Assembly: GCA_026914245.1 (NCBI GenBank)
Contig: CP110439.1
Span: forward strand, 1,240,001-1,304,000
Direction of reading: 5' to 3'
DNA from: Puccinia triticina
Lineage: Eukaryota
DNA: 64,000 nucleotides
Part shown: positions 50,401 to 63,313 of the stretch, in pieces
How the letters are laid out: every line of letters begins with the position of its first letter
Position numbering within the stretch: the first letter of the stretch is position 1
Position numbers and translations under genes: made by a program
Notes under the pieces: generated by a model
Told to the model about the DNA's origin: nothing
Database searches by the model: none
What the model saw: the letters and a program-made list of their open reading frames with translations, nothing else

Positions 50401-53400
50401 CCACCGTGCTAACAAGTACCTCTTGTTGCAACCTGTGGTCATATGCCACAAACCCATTTGCAGTGATGTCACTGGGTAAAATGAGAAATGATTGTAAGGG
50501 TTTCTCCCTTACTGAAACAGAAGTCAAGCTAGATGCATATATGCATATGCATATACATTGTAGGATTCTCTATATAAGCTTGTAGTACTTGACTGCTCTC
50601 ATCCTCTCTTCTTCCCCAAGCTGGTCTTCACCTCAAGGTTCCCCTTTCCATCCCTTCTCACGACTCATTAGTGAAATATCATTCTTTTATATAGACTCCT
50701 GGCCTTTGGCCCTCCGTCCCACCGACCCTTCCAGTGAGGGTTCACTGAACCCTTACACTTTTTTTTTCTATATAAAGATCATTTTTTCACTCGTTCCAAG
50801 CCCGCAACGCCATTGGAAGCTCCGAATTGTCTTTGAAATATCATTGTGGTCTTTGGAAAGTCTTCATTGTCAACCGCCTCATCCTCGTTGGACTCGGAAG
50901 CTCTTCATCATCGGGACAACCTCATCCTCGCTGGACTCGGAGGCATTCATTTCGGAATAGCCTCATCCTCGTAGGACTCGGAGGCTCCTCATTTTCGGAA
51001 CAGCTTCATCCTTGTGGACTCGGAGACGCTTCATCAATTGAACGGACACATCCTTGACCAACAACTTGAACTCAATCTCGCCAGTCATTGATCTCTTGGC
51101 CCTTTGCCTGGATTCCTTCCACACCCTTGGCCCCTTGGACTCTTTCTCGATCTCTTGGGCACCCAGCCTCTACACCATCACCTTGCAACCTTGAATTCGC
51201 TCTCGCCCCTCGCCCTTGCCCTTGCCCTCGCCCTCAACTCCACCGAGACCTCAGACTTGCCGGACATGCCGCTAAGGACCACAAACGCTTGCCGGCCCCT
51301 CCGATCCAAAAGGTCCGACAACCAATCAGTCGCCAGCCTCATCTCCCCTGTCGAACTCGCTGTCTCCTCCACCCCGCGCCCAACCTCGCTCGTCTCCCGC
51401 TCCTCATCCCGCACTACTGCAACCACCACCACCTCGCCCTTCCTCATCCGCCACCACCGCTCCAGCTCCGCCCAGCCCAGCCTTGCCCTCACCCTCGAGC
51501 TGCTTCTTCCCTCGCCCCTTCGCCGCCGAACTCTTTTCTTGCCTCGCGCCTGCTCCTCTGCCCGTCCGCGCCAGTTCGCCATTGCCAATGGCTCCTCCAA
51601 AGACCTCGCCCCTCTCGCCGCAACCCCGGATGAACGACAGCAAGGATCTATTGATTGCCCCGCCAGCCCACCTCCCTGCTCCCTCTTTGCCTGCCCCTGC
51701 TCGCTTCTCTCCTCGATCCCAAAGCCCCTCATCGTCGCCTCCAGCCCATCGTCATCGCTTCTATCCTCCCATCGCTGCCGTCTCTAGCCCCTCACATTAC
51801 TCGACTTCAGCCCCTCATCCTTGCGCGTAGTCTCTCGACGTCATCATACTCGTCCTCAGCCCTCGTCATCGTCTCTGGCCTCCCTTTTAATCGCCTCTAG
51901 CCCCTGGTCATCCCTTGCATCCCCTTCGTCGTCGCCTCTTGCCCCTCATCTTCCCTTCTGGTCCCTTGTTATTGCACCTAGCCCTCTCTACCTGAAGATC
52001 ATTGCCCCTACATTTTAACAACACTCCATCCTGCCCAGCCTCTATCAATTAAATAACTCTCAAAAGCTTTGGAATCAACATCCTCCACCCACCATCCTGC
52101 AAGCGAATCTCAACATGGATGTCCCTTCGACTCGACAAACGATTCTCGGTTCTTCAGTATTGACCCTCGAACAAATCCTTTGCGAACGGACGATCCTTCA
52201 GGTTGAGAGCACGATGGACTCGGGGTGGAATTGAGGAAATCAGATCACTCTTAAGAGGAAGTTTTATTGATTTATAGCTGGTGTAACTGGGTTGTTTTTT
52301 TTCCTTCTTTTCCTTTTCCCCCTTTTTTTTATAGGAGGGGAGACTGTAAGGGTTTCTCCCTTACTGAAACAGAAGTCAAGCTAGATGCATATATGCATAT
52401 GCATATACATTGTAGGATTCTCTATATAAGCTTGTAGTACTTGACTGCTCTCATCTTCTCTTCTTCCCCAAGCTGGTCTTCACCTCGAGGTTCCCCTTTC
52501 CATCCCTTCTCACGACTCATTAGTGAAATATCATTCTTTTATATAGACTCCTGGCCTTTGGCCCTCCGTCCCACCGACCCTTCCAGTGAGGGTTCACTGA
52601 ACCCTTACAATGATATTTCAGCTACCATATTGATACCAATTTGATAAATTAGATACTCACTTAAGTTCATCAACTATTTGGTCAGCTAATTCCAAAGGCC
52701 CAGCAGTGTTAGAAGTTGAGAGGAAATGACAGTTATACTGTTGATTTGACAACTTTGGAGGAAGACCTGCAAGTGTGAAGTAATAACTGATGTGCTTGTT
52801 CCACTTTTTTGATTGGTTTCCAGAAGTGTCATCACAATAGAGGGCAATAGGAACATGTCTAATAATCCGACCACCTGAGTTCTCCCGCCATTTATTGGGT
52901 AATTGTATGGCTGAGAAAGACCCTTTATTATCCTCTGAAAAGATAATAAAATCCCAAATGAACCAGTTATCAATTTTCACACAAATTATTCATGATAGAT
53001 CAACTGCTTACCCCATAATTTGTTGTGACACACTGCTGATAGTGGTTTGTCACCCCACATGCATATCTCCAAATAAGGCAATGCAAATTCATCACAATCT
53101 ATGGAAAGCAACTTTGATGATTTATATGGCAGGTTTTGAGGTATGGTCAACTTGAAATTGGCCTGGTGCGGCAAACCCTCCTTCTTTGGTTTGACACATT
53201 TGGCATACATCTTGCCAGACTGTTCGTAAAAGAATGTTGGTACTACCAATGACCCTGATTGTAATTGACATGGCTCATAGATGTAATAGTGCTTTTTATT
53301 TATAGCCACCATTTGAGCACGATACTGACGGGGGAGGGCCTCACGCCACTTGAAGCTTTGAGATAATTTGAATATTTGTTTCCCCCCAGAATCTACAGGG

Positions 53401-54527
53401 TAAAAATCCAAGTGTGGGTTCACATATGGGTTTGCAAGCTCCTACAGGTGAATGGGCCCAAGGGCCCAAATTTCCCAATTAATCATTATTCCATTATTCA
53501 GAATGGTAAATAAAAATCAGCCTTACCAGAGCAAGAATCCTTTTCACACTCAAGGAATAGCATTGATTCTGAAATACACTTTCTCTCTTTTGGGGTTGCA
53601 TGTTCAGGATGTCTCTGAGCTTGCGCTTATTTCGCCATACAGAAGACAAATGATGCAGTTTGGCTCCTAACAGCTCCATGAGTGAAGAGACTTTTTCATA
53701 TTGCAGGCGGGACAGCATTGTATGCATGTATCCCATCAGAAGAATGGAGACCAGGTGCTGTGCGGCGGAAGATAAATCAAACCCCCTTAGCAAACCCCCA
53801 TTTACACTGCGGGCCATTTCTGAACCCCGGGGGGCACCATTTTAGAACCCCCCGGGCACCACACTTGGGAACAAGCGACTTGACTGACCAGCAAGCCCCC
53901 AAAGGGATACCACCCTTCGTCTTCCTCATCCGAATCCGGCTCTGTGTCATATTCGTCGCCGTCGCCATCTTCACCATCACTATCACACCGCTCAACCACG
54001 TCACTAGCCGGCTGGAAGATGTCAATGACCTGACGGGTGTACCGATCGCCGTCCTTGCTCCCGCTCTCACCCATAGACCGATCATCCTCACTCGTCCGAT
54101 CCACCTCATATGACCGATCCTCCTGATGAACCACCGGCTGCATAACAAGATCAAGTAAGTGCAATCCAGAATGCAAGGGGTGATGCTGACGATCTGCTTC
54201 AACATGATCAGGTTCAATGTCGTCAGCGGGCTCAACCTTCAACCATTGGTTAGATTGCCCATCCATTGCACAACCAGAGGCCTTGACCAATGTTTGACTG
54301 GGACCTGGCCGCAAATATTCCAGAAGGTTTGCCAGGTGCGTGGGTGATTTCTCATGATTCTCGGTTGAAATCATTGACCAACCACCGCAAAACCTGCAGA
54401 TCCATTTTGGCCGGATCCCTTCAGACGGAGCACGTTCGAAAACTATGGGTTTCAAGCATGGTGAGCCACTTGAAATTCTTTGGATCATATTGGGATGATT
54501 ACCTCTTAGATCCACTCGGAAGCTCAT
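47445..54527 (-). pseudogene. Multi-exon CMC/EnSpm-related (Plavaka-like) DDE transposase with a nonsense codon
   Basis: N-terminal CRFC...HEKSPTH zinc finger; IALYCDDTSGNQSKKWNKH; LCFLGDSPMHAEI; CRIC; DTPVEILHVILLG; KPKFHMLIHL...FGPA.LFATEKFESFN; CLNVQHNC. In-frame TGA at 48408-48410 precedes a repeat-rich C-terminus. Confidence 0.82.
50493..52609 (+). mobile_element. 2.1-kb young non-coding LTR element (TRIM/LARD-like) within a transposase intron
   Basis: 265-bp LTRs at 50493-50757 and 52345-52609 with only 2 differences seen; TSD atgat; PPT ataggaggggagac; low-complexity interior with no gag/pol motifs. Confidence 0.95.
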
Positions 54528-54755
54528 GGATCCTCGATTTCTGTGTGACTGAAACAAACACCAGAATCCTTTGAAGCTGGGCAGTCCAGAGCCCTCGCAC
54601 TGGCAAATCACTCCTATTTAAGGTGTGCCTCTGACACGACTGACACTTTCCCCCCACCCTGCGACAGCCATCACAAGTTAGAATTTCCGAGTTTCATCAC
54701 GCCCGCCACCGTTCCAAGTTTCATCGCCCCTGCCCTGCCACCACCAGCCGCCAAT

Positions 54756-57079
54756 ATGCGACGAGCAGCAAGTCATGTACCCCCCCACTCCCCCGCGCAA
54801 CCTGCGCAAACTACGCAACCAATCATCATCGACGAAGTTGATAATTCAAGACCCTCTGCCGCCAGCCGTGCACCACGACCCAAGCAACCTCGTCGCACCA
54901 CAAGCCAGACTATTGCCCGCACCCCTCGAGTGCATCCCGCAGGTGAGTCATTTTCCAAGTAGGGTATCAGTTCATGTCTCATCAACTGATCACCAATTTT
55001 TTGCAGGCCAACCAAATCAGCCACCCAGTCTTAGCCCCAGCCACATCATCGCCGGCTCTGGCGCGCAGCCAGGCGCTGCAATCCAATCCCCGGGCCCCGT
55101 GATCACCCCAAGCCGAATAATCGACAGCAGGAGTGGTACCGGTACCGCTGCAACCCGTAAGAGGTTTGACATTTTCATGAATCAATCATGCTGACCTACA
55201 CTATTCTCCCGTTTCCGTACGCAGGTGCCCAGATTCAGGTGCCGAGCATGACAGGCACCCAAACCCCGGCCCCAGTGATCACCCCAAGCCGAATCATCCA
55301 CAGCGGAAGCAGTACCGGTGCTCCAACCCGTAAGTTATGTTTTGTTGTGTGTATTGTGTGTATGATCACATCTTAGCTGACCTCCCTTCATTACCCCTAT
55401 TTTCCAGGTCTTAGCCGAGCTCCCATCGTGACCCCTATCCACCACCCACCCCCAGATCCCATGTCTGAAGACGAGAGGCGGGATGACGACCCGCCGCATG
55501 GATCAAGCTCGGAAGACGACACATCCTTGGTCTACGGTAGCATGGATGGTTTCATCCGACCACCGCCGCCTCGTGGTCTTCCAAGCAATATGATCCCGAG
55601 CGAGGACCGTGAACTGCGCCCGGCAGCCTTGCAAACAGGCTCCCCTCCAATCCAACCAGCCCCGCAAACTGCCGCAGCTGTCCAACTTCCCCCGCCAACC
55701 CCGACTCCACCACCCCGTCACCCTGCTCCACAAGCCCCAGCCCTGCCTCAACAACCACTCAGAGTAGGTCACGACCCTCTTGTCGAGTCTCTGCTGGCTT
55801 CAGCTCAGCTGCCCAATAGCAATATACAGCTAGCTCGGCAACTATTCAATGTCAGTTTATTTTTAATCATTTATCTTTATATGTTACACTAATATGCTAC
55901 TAAGGTATTTGTGACTCAGGCACCCGAACGAAGCCACTGGGACTTAACGGTTGTCATGTGGTTGACCCAAAGACGGGCCGCGGGATCGGCCGTAGGTGCT
56001 GTTGGAGCCACCGGTGCTGCTCAGCCCCACGTGTATGGTCAAGTGATCCGAGTAAGTCTTTTGCTCACCTTTGTCTTCAGGTAACTGCCAGCTGATGAAG
56101 ATTCATTCCGCGGCAAGACACGAGTGCGGCAACAGATCCGAGAGATCCTGATGCGAAGCACTTTGGAATCGTATAGCCGGGCACAATCGGCACACGGGCA
56201 CATCTACGTGCATTCCCCCCTCCCCCTCATAAAAGTAAGCCCCCAAGCACCACCCACAACTTCACCCGACAATGACGTCTCTAGTATGTAGAGCTACATA
56301 CTAGAGCAACCTCTGGCATTCAGGAGACAGCATCTCCCTGCAGGCATTCCCCACAACCACGAATCGATGGCTGGATTGGTCACTTTTTTGCGCAGTATGG
56401 TCAAGCACGAACGAACCCATATGCGAAATTTGGTAAGTGTTATTGTTTGATGTTTTCTTTTATCAACATTCCATTAAACACTGATATTGATGATCCTCTC
56501 CCCAGCTATTATTTAACGTCTGACAAGAAGCTCGCGCTCGAGACCTGGGGCCAGTGCCGACGCTCTTTGACCTGATCGTGACCATCGATCGGGCGTTCCA
56601 ACCGAGGGGGATCTTGCGAGGACCCGCCGAGCTTCGCGAGGAGCTCAACACGGGTGTGATGGTGCGCATAGCAATGCTACGACTGCTGACCATCCATCAC
56701 CTCATTCACCAAGCACCTGGGGACACCCGGTCCCAATGGGACCTGATTGACGACCAGTTGGAAGCAATCAGGGAAAAAAGTGAAGTTCAACTTCAAGCGT
56801 AAGTGGATCTTGATCTCCGAGGGCTTCACACCCCCATGAATGCTAATAGATAACCCTCTTCTGCATTCCTACAGGTATGCAATACTCATCTTACGGCGTG
56901 ATCGCCAACTCTTTCCGGGCGATGTGGTCTTTGCCGATGTCCCGGCAGAATTAATATTGGTTCCGAACGCGCTTGAGTGCGATGTGGAAGCTCGCTCTAT
57001 CGTGGCGCAGTACGGGGACGAACCGCCGCAGGCAGAGTTGTCGGCGCTTCTGGAAAGAGAAGCCGCACTCTCCCTCTAG
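54756..57079 (+). pseudogene. Multi-exon hypothetical gene (Pro-rich N-terminus, helical C-terminus), divergent from the transposase
   Basis: Regular short GT-AG introns between ORF segments; C-terminal VPTLFDLI...RIAMLRLL...SQWDLIDDQL...DRQLF; apparent in-frame TGA at 56521-56523. Confidence 0.6.
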
Positions 57080-59055
57080 CTCGGTATCAAATTTACTTTC
57101 CTCTCCCATTTCCCTCTTCCTATTTATTTATAGAAAAAGCAGAACACAAAACATAAAAGAACAAAAAAGAGTACAAAAGCGATGTAAAAAAAACAAAAAA
57201 ACCTTGTAAAATGCAATAAAAACCAAAAACAGTGCCCTGGCGGCCATAAAAACCTTCTGAGAGTGCTCCGCAAGTCGACCCAAGTCCGAAAACAAAGGCA
57301 GGACAAAGCAGCTGGTGGTGGTTGGAAGGAGGAACAAGGCGAGTGTTGGGAGCCGGTGTGGAACTCTCACGCAGGGCGTAAGCAGAGCTTGGAGGGGAAA
57401 TGTAAAAATATCACAGAAATGACAAGTTACACGGGTGCTTGAAGGGCTGCCCTCCTGTAATTAAGCTCTAGGAGATACACTATTTATTTTAGTGTGGCGC
57501 AATCTTTCTGAATTTAACTATGTAAATCTTGTTGCTATTTTAAACCTTGTAATATGTAATTTTGATGTTATGTTATAATTTAGAAGAGTTTGGCGTGATG
57601 AGTACTCTGGGAGATTCCTGAACTTAATTTAATAAGTCAGATTTTCGAGTCAAAGTGAGATGTGAGGCAATTTTTGATAAGGGGCAATTTTATAAGGCAA
57701 TGTTGGAAGGGGGCAATTTTTGAAGTGATGTCTGCTGAATGATATCAATTTTCATTCACTAATGCAAGCATGAGGGGGAAAGAAAACAACAAGGGGCAAG
57801 AGAGGCCTCCTTTTATAGGAAAAATCACGTCTGAGAGTGATTTACAATGGAGTGAAATAAATGTACTAATGGGGAAAGCTGTTCAATGTAATGTGAAATA
57901 AATGTACCAGTTGGGAAAGATTTACATATGTAATGAAAACAATTTTCCTCTTTGGGTTATGATCACTTGGCTTGGACTAATTGGGAAGGAAAATTACGTC
58001 TAAGAAGTGATTTGCTACATGTGATTGAAAATCTGTGTGGGGAAATTTCCTATTGGGGAAAACTTGGCCTAATTCAGGTGATTGCCAAGATATGAGTGGT
58101 TTTTAAGCGAGCTTGTGATAAAATAAACACCATGTGAAAACAAAATTATGTACATGTGATTTCAAGGGTGTTCAGCGCTTTTGAGCGCTTTAAGATAAAC
58201 AGTTCTTATGTAATTTGTATGTAATAGCCTTATGACTTGTAAACTGAATTCTTCCACGCTTTTTGACGGTATGTATATAAATTTAATGTATATGAAATGT
58301 ATTTTTAACCTATTTTCAAAGATTTTGGTTTTGATTGGTCTTACCACACCGGGTCGTGATTAGCGGGCAAATCGCCGGCGATTTGTGGTCAAAGGGCGGT
58401 CAAAAAGCCCTGACCGGTTTTTGTAGGGTCTCGGGTTGGACGGCGAGTTGCCGGATGGGTCAAGGTGCCCTATGTTTTGCCAGCGCGTTCTCCGATTGCG
58501 CATTGGCGGGGGTGCCGTCAAGTTCGGCGGTCCGCTTGACGGTTGACCGGAGGCCGGCATCTGAACAGTCAAGAATGGCTGGGGCGCTGCCGTCAAATTG
58601 ACGGCCGAACTTTGGGCGCTTCGGCGGCGATGTGCAACTGCCATGTACATTTTGGCCAGGCTCAGTTTTTGTCCCAAGAAATTTTAAGGCAAATAAATTT
58701 GGCAAATTTCAATTTTCATGCCCTATGGTACAGGCCCTTAGTTAAGCTCGCACCAGGGGGGACTTGTTGCGGGAGGGGCCGCTTCGCGGCCAGCCTCAGC
58801 GAGCCTCCCACCAGGGGGGTTAGCGTCAAGCTTGTGACATGACCCTCCTCCACGGGCCAGCCATCGGGCCGATCCATTCGAAGCTCGGCAACACCCCATC
58901 CCCAGGTGGGCCGGGTCGACCCGACCTACCGTGAGAGTCGAGACGGTCCACTCAGCACTGCATGGTAGCTCACTTGGTCGACATCAACCACTGCTGGCTT
59001 TCCTCCATTGCCTTGATCCCTATATCATCGGATCGGCGGTTCTGTGGTACCGTCA

Positions 59056-62000
59056 TGCAAGGTAATTCTCCCTACACAGTCAAGTTGAAAGCTGATCTGA
59101 ATGAGGCTTTCAGAACCATCAGCCTGACTGGAAAGTTCGCGGGATGGGGGGCGCTTCCGAGAGCTCCACCGGCATGGCTCTATGTCGATGGAGTTGGAGA
59201 CATCAACATGCCTCTTAGCGAAGAACAGATCCGACAAATGATCGGGGAAGCGCATCAGACTTGCTATGGCCCCGGAATAGAGAAACTGGAGTTTGGCGTA
59301 TCCGGTAGCAACATATGGGAAATCAATTCAGACCGGTTGACATTCCTCGGCCCGGAATGGCCAAGTTATCTGCTTATGTTAAGGGACCTCGTCGAATCGA
59401 AGCTAGGCATCGATGGACCAACTCGATTAGATTTCCACAAGATGATGATCTTTGGAAAGGGTGCCATGTCGGCGCCCCGGACCGAGTAAGAGCTTTTCTT
59501 CAACTATTCATCTTGTTCTTCAGATTGCAAAAAAACTTATACATGTGTTTCTTGATTGGCGAGGATATAGCATTCAGAGGACTCGCGGGATGTTTGGAAC
59601 TCTGATGATATGTTTGCCATCGGCTCATGAGGGCGGTGAAGTACGCGTGGAGCACAACGGAGAATCGATGGTTTTGGGTGGATCGGATGCAAACCAGTCA
59701 TTTTCTTGCTGGTATTCGGACGTCACTCATGAAATTCTACCGGTCAAATCCGGCTACCGATGCGTCTTGACTTACAATCTAGCCACCAGGCCTGATTTGA
59801 CCCCACCAACTGCAAGTGCACTCGACTTAAAAAAGCTTCCACTCCGCAACACCCTCGAATCCTGGATCAAAGACTTGGCTAGCAAGAACACGGCCGAAGC
59901 GCCGAGCCGTCTCTACCGAGCCCTTGATCATGAATATACCAAACCTCCCAATTCTATTAAAGAATTTGAAGATGAAGACTTGGCCCTGGTACATCTGTTG
60001 GCAGGTTTTCAGTCCGAACTCCCCTTTGAAATTCTCTTGGCGTTACTGGAGAAAAGCGAGTTTGGACCCATCACTCGCGAATATCAAAGGAAACGCTTGA
60101 GACCTGATTACTCCGGCTCTGATACGGACTCTATGGCCGGTTTTCACGAGCTCGACAAGATCGAGGAGATTACCTATAGTATCAAGTCGCTCCGCACATT
60201 GGATGGCGAAATCATCGCTAGTAAATACAAACTTCAGTTAGGATTTTGCCTGGCGGCCGATCCCTTTGAGCATCTGGATGATCCAAGCGAAGATTGCTAT
60301 GAAGACTCTGCTTCCCATCTGTTTCGCATTTCAGCTCTTGTAATTGTTCCACACGAAAAGATTGGAGAGTACCTGGCTCGCGCACATAAATCGAAATGGT
60401 CTAACTATAAATTCAGATCCGGAGATGAAGAAAAATTTGATTCCTCACGTAACAAGTTGTGCCAATCGGCTCTGCGCTATCTTGGGCACATCTATTCGGA
60501 TCTTTCACTTCAAATTTCCATGCTGGATGCAATCTGCACACTTTATGCATCTGTCTCAGAGTCAAGCGATAGAAAATGGCCAGGGGCTGCGATTCTGCAG
60601 ATTGCCCTCCAGTATTCTCATTACACGCTTTTCCAAACTGTTGGAGTCGGTCATCGAGGGCGTCTAACAATCGGTTTTTTCGAATGGGTAAAGGAATGGT
60701 TAAGCTCACGTCCAGCCGCAGACCGCGCTGAAAAGTACCAGACATGGTAGGTCTGTGAATCCCGCGGTCATTCTTCATTCGAAGTCCCAATCGCAAGCTG
60801 AAAGCTGTTTTATTCGGACGTCCTGTAGGATACCATTCCTTATTCTGGGTTTTCCATCTATGCACGATAGGATTCGGATCATCAAGATCATCTCAAAACC
60901 AACTGGTGATGCGGCTGTACCTGTCCCCCCGCCGAAGGTTGAGATCTGGTGGTAAGCCTATGAATATCCGGGCAGTTATTGATCCCCAATTCCAATTAGG
61001 TACTAAATGTTATTGTTATTGCACGTCCAGGGGGATGGAAGTAGATACAAGACCTTTATCTGAAAAGATAAGGGATATCACAAAGATGAAAGATCCCTCA
61101 TTACCAACCTCTATAGGATACTTCCGGGGTCCTGGGCCGACTGGTCCACATGTAGTCCTGTCCGACTCTAGCACCTGGGCGCAAGCCATGATCCGTCGAT
61201 GTATGGCTTTCTCGAAACCCAAAAGAGGCCAACTCAATCAGATGGAGAATACATTGTGTCTGCTCTGTTTGCTTTGAATGAGGATTGGGCAGAAATATCT
61301 GTGCTGTACGTTTTTTGATTCACCATAGGCGCGACTCCTGAACTATACCTGACGCCTGTTTACCTCTAATCTGAATAGTCTCGTGTCGATATTCGACCGC
61401 TTTCCACAAGCTCATGCTATAGCTTTCCTGCTTGCTATCATTTCACGGCTCGGAACGGACGCAGCAGCGGCAAATATCCCGACTTCAGCCATCGCGGAAC
61501 TTCGCAGAGGTCTTAGCTTGCGTGTTTTCGACGACGAGAGCAAGCTTTCTAGGATCATTACTCCATTAAAGATAAAGTGGACATCTGATTATGGGCGGCT
61601 TGTCTCTCCGCCATCCTGGCAGACGTACTACTTCCATGAGAATCGCAATCAAACTTCAGCATCTGAAACCGGCCTGGTAGTCACATCCTATGATCTGGTT
61701 AATTTTGCTCGGGGTCTCAACAACCTGAGCATCAATACAGAAAATTTACTAGAACTTTTTATCCAGAAAATTATCGCACAATGTGACACTTTCTCTGTTG
61801 GAGACATGCATCAACTCTGGATGCCGTTCCTCTATCAGCTCATTACGGATCTGGTATATCAATCAGTTTCTCTCGACAATCAGACTTATCGGGAGCTCAC
61901 TCGTAGACTTATCAAGCACTGCCATTATCAAACCGCTGGGCCACAGCCTGAAGTAGTCGACGTCCCGACCCCTGAAGTGAATTGTACTTGCACAGACTGC

Positions 62001-62381
62001 ATGGAGATGAATGAATTCCTTCGAGATCCCCGCCGAGGAGTTGGTCGATTTTTCAAACACAGTCGCCGGCACTTCGAACAGCAGCTCGCTACGGCTGGTA
62101 TTCCCTGCGGCCAAGCTCTCCAGTCTGGAGCCTTTGTGGTCACCAAACATCACACCTTACAGCTTGATCTCGACGCTTGGAAAAAACGGCAGAAAGAATT
62201 CTATCATGAGCTTACCAGTAAGATTAAGCAAGAGCACCTCCAATGCTTGCTTTGTGTGGAAGAAGCTGCCCGCATCCGGTCAATAGTTGGGCCAGTAGAG
62301 GAAGCTGGTCCGTGGTATCGTTATTCTACTCCACCCCGTCGTACGGCTCAACTTGCCCACTCCTTCGATGAATATTATTAA
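59056..62381 (+). CDS. Large multi-exon protein with N-terminal 2OG-Fe(II) oxygenase-like domain
   Basis: LYVDGVGDINMPLS; WEI; FHKMMIFGKG; intron 59486-59570; GMFGTLMICLPSAHEGG; WYSDVTHEILPVKSGYRCVLTYNL; C-terminal CTCTDC..MN.FL. Middle exons approximate. Confidence 0.75.
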
Positions 62382-63313
62382 TTAAGCTTGTTCCATGCCA
62401 GCGTATTACTATTGATCTGTGTTCTTCTTTTGCTTTCTTCAATTTGCTCTTCCTCCGCAAACTTATCCATCTTGCATATGTGCTCATGATACCTATACAA
62501 GGCTTTAAGAGTGCCAAGTCGTTGCACTAACTTCAATCAAAGTCCCATCAGGAGTGCCACTAGCAAACTTCGAACAGTTTCTCTCCCGTTTCTCGTTGTG
62601 TGCTCGAACTCTTTTCTCTCCTGAAGTCACAGCAGCTAAATACTTAGTATGAAATCATTTGTTGCAAATTGTCCCACTGTATGGTATTAAAATGTGTTTC
62701 AGGAGGAGAAACTCTCTGCCAACTCCTTTTGTTGTGGTTCACTCCATTATTTCCAAATCCTTGAAAATCCTTTCTGCTCCTGTCAAAGATGGGAGATAAC
62801 GGGCAAACCTCTTTCACGGAGAGCGGTCTATGTGACCGTGGACCCTCTGTTCGAGGTGCTTTGCCTCTTTGCGGTTGGGGTTTGGCTTACATACTCCCCG
62901 GTGTGGCCCAACGGATCCTCATCCTATTCTGCGACCTCGTATTCTGCTCACCGGCCGCCTTCTTCCACCTATGTAAAACGTTTGGAGGGGAGCGTGTTGC
63001 GTAGAACAGCTAGCCCTATGCGAGTCGTGTCAAGCTTGCGGTGACGTGCTTTTCCTCTTGGAATCGGCATCGGCCCACAAATAAATAACTGCATAAAAGC
63101 TCGGAGCTTTGTGCCACGGCACCATCGCGAAGTTCATCATGCCATGTCAAAGCTGTGGCGACCGAATGAGTGTCACAGCTTCAAGCTGAGGCTGTTCACA
63201 TGTCACAAGGTCGAAAGAAGTTCTCTCCCTTCGGCGGGCTATTCTTGAGCATGTATCTGGCACCAACGCATACCATTACAAATAAATACTCGAGAACTGA
63301 AGACTTCCTCACT

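Larger units (their letters stand above)
32265..58737. mobile_element. Large DNA transposon (~11 kb net) with GGGCC termini, TTA TSD and EnSpm/Plavaka-like transposase
   Basis: 13-bp perfect TIR gggcctgtaccat with imperfect extension; tta at 32262-32264 and 58738-58740; gccgtcaa/ttgacgg subterminal motifs at both ends; reconstructed empty site gacttagttaagct matches a motif seen elsewhere (17160-17180, reverse strand). Confidence 0.78.

Noticed and set aside
51088..52018. Long overlapping ORFs inside the 2.1-kb LTR element
   Set aside because: C-rich low-complexity sequence open in several frames, with no Gag/Pol motifs.
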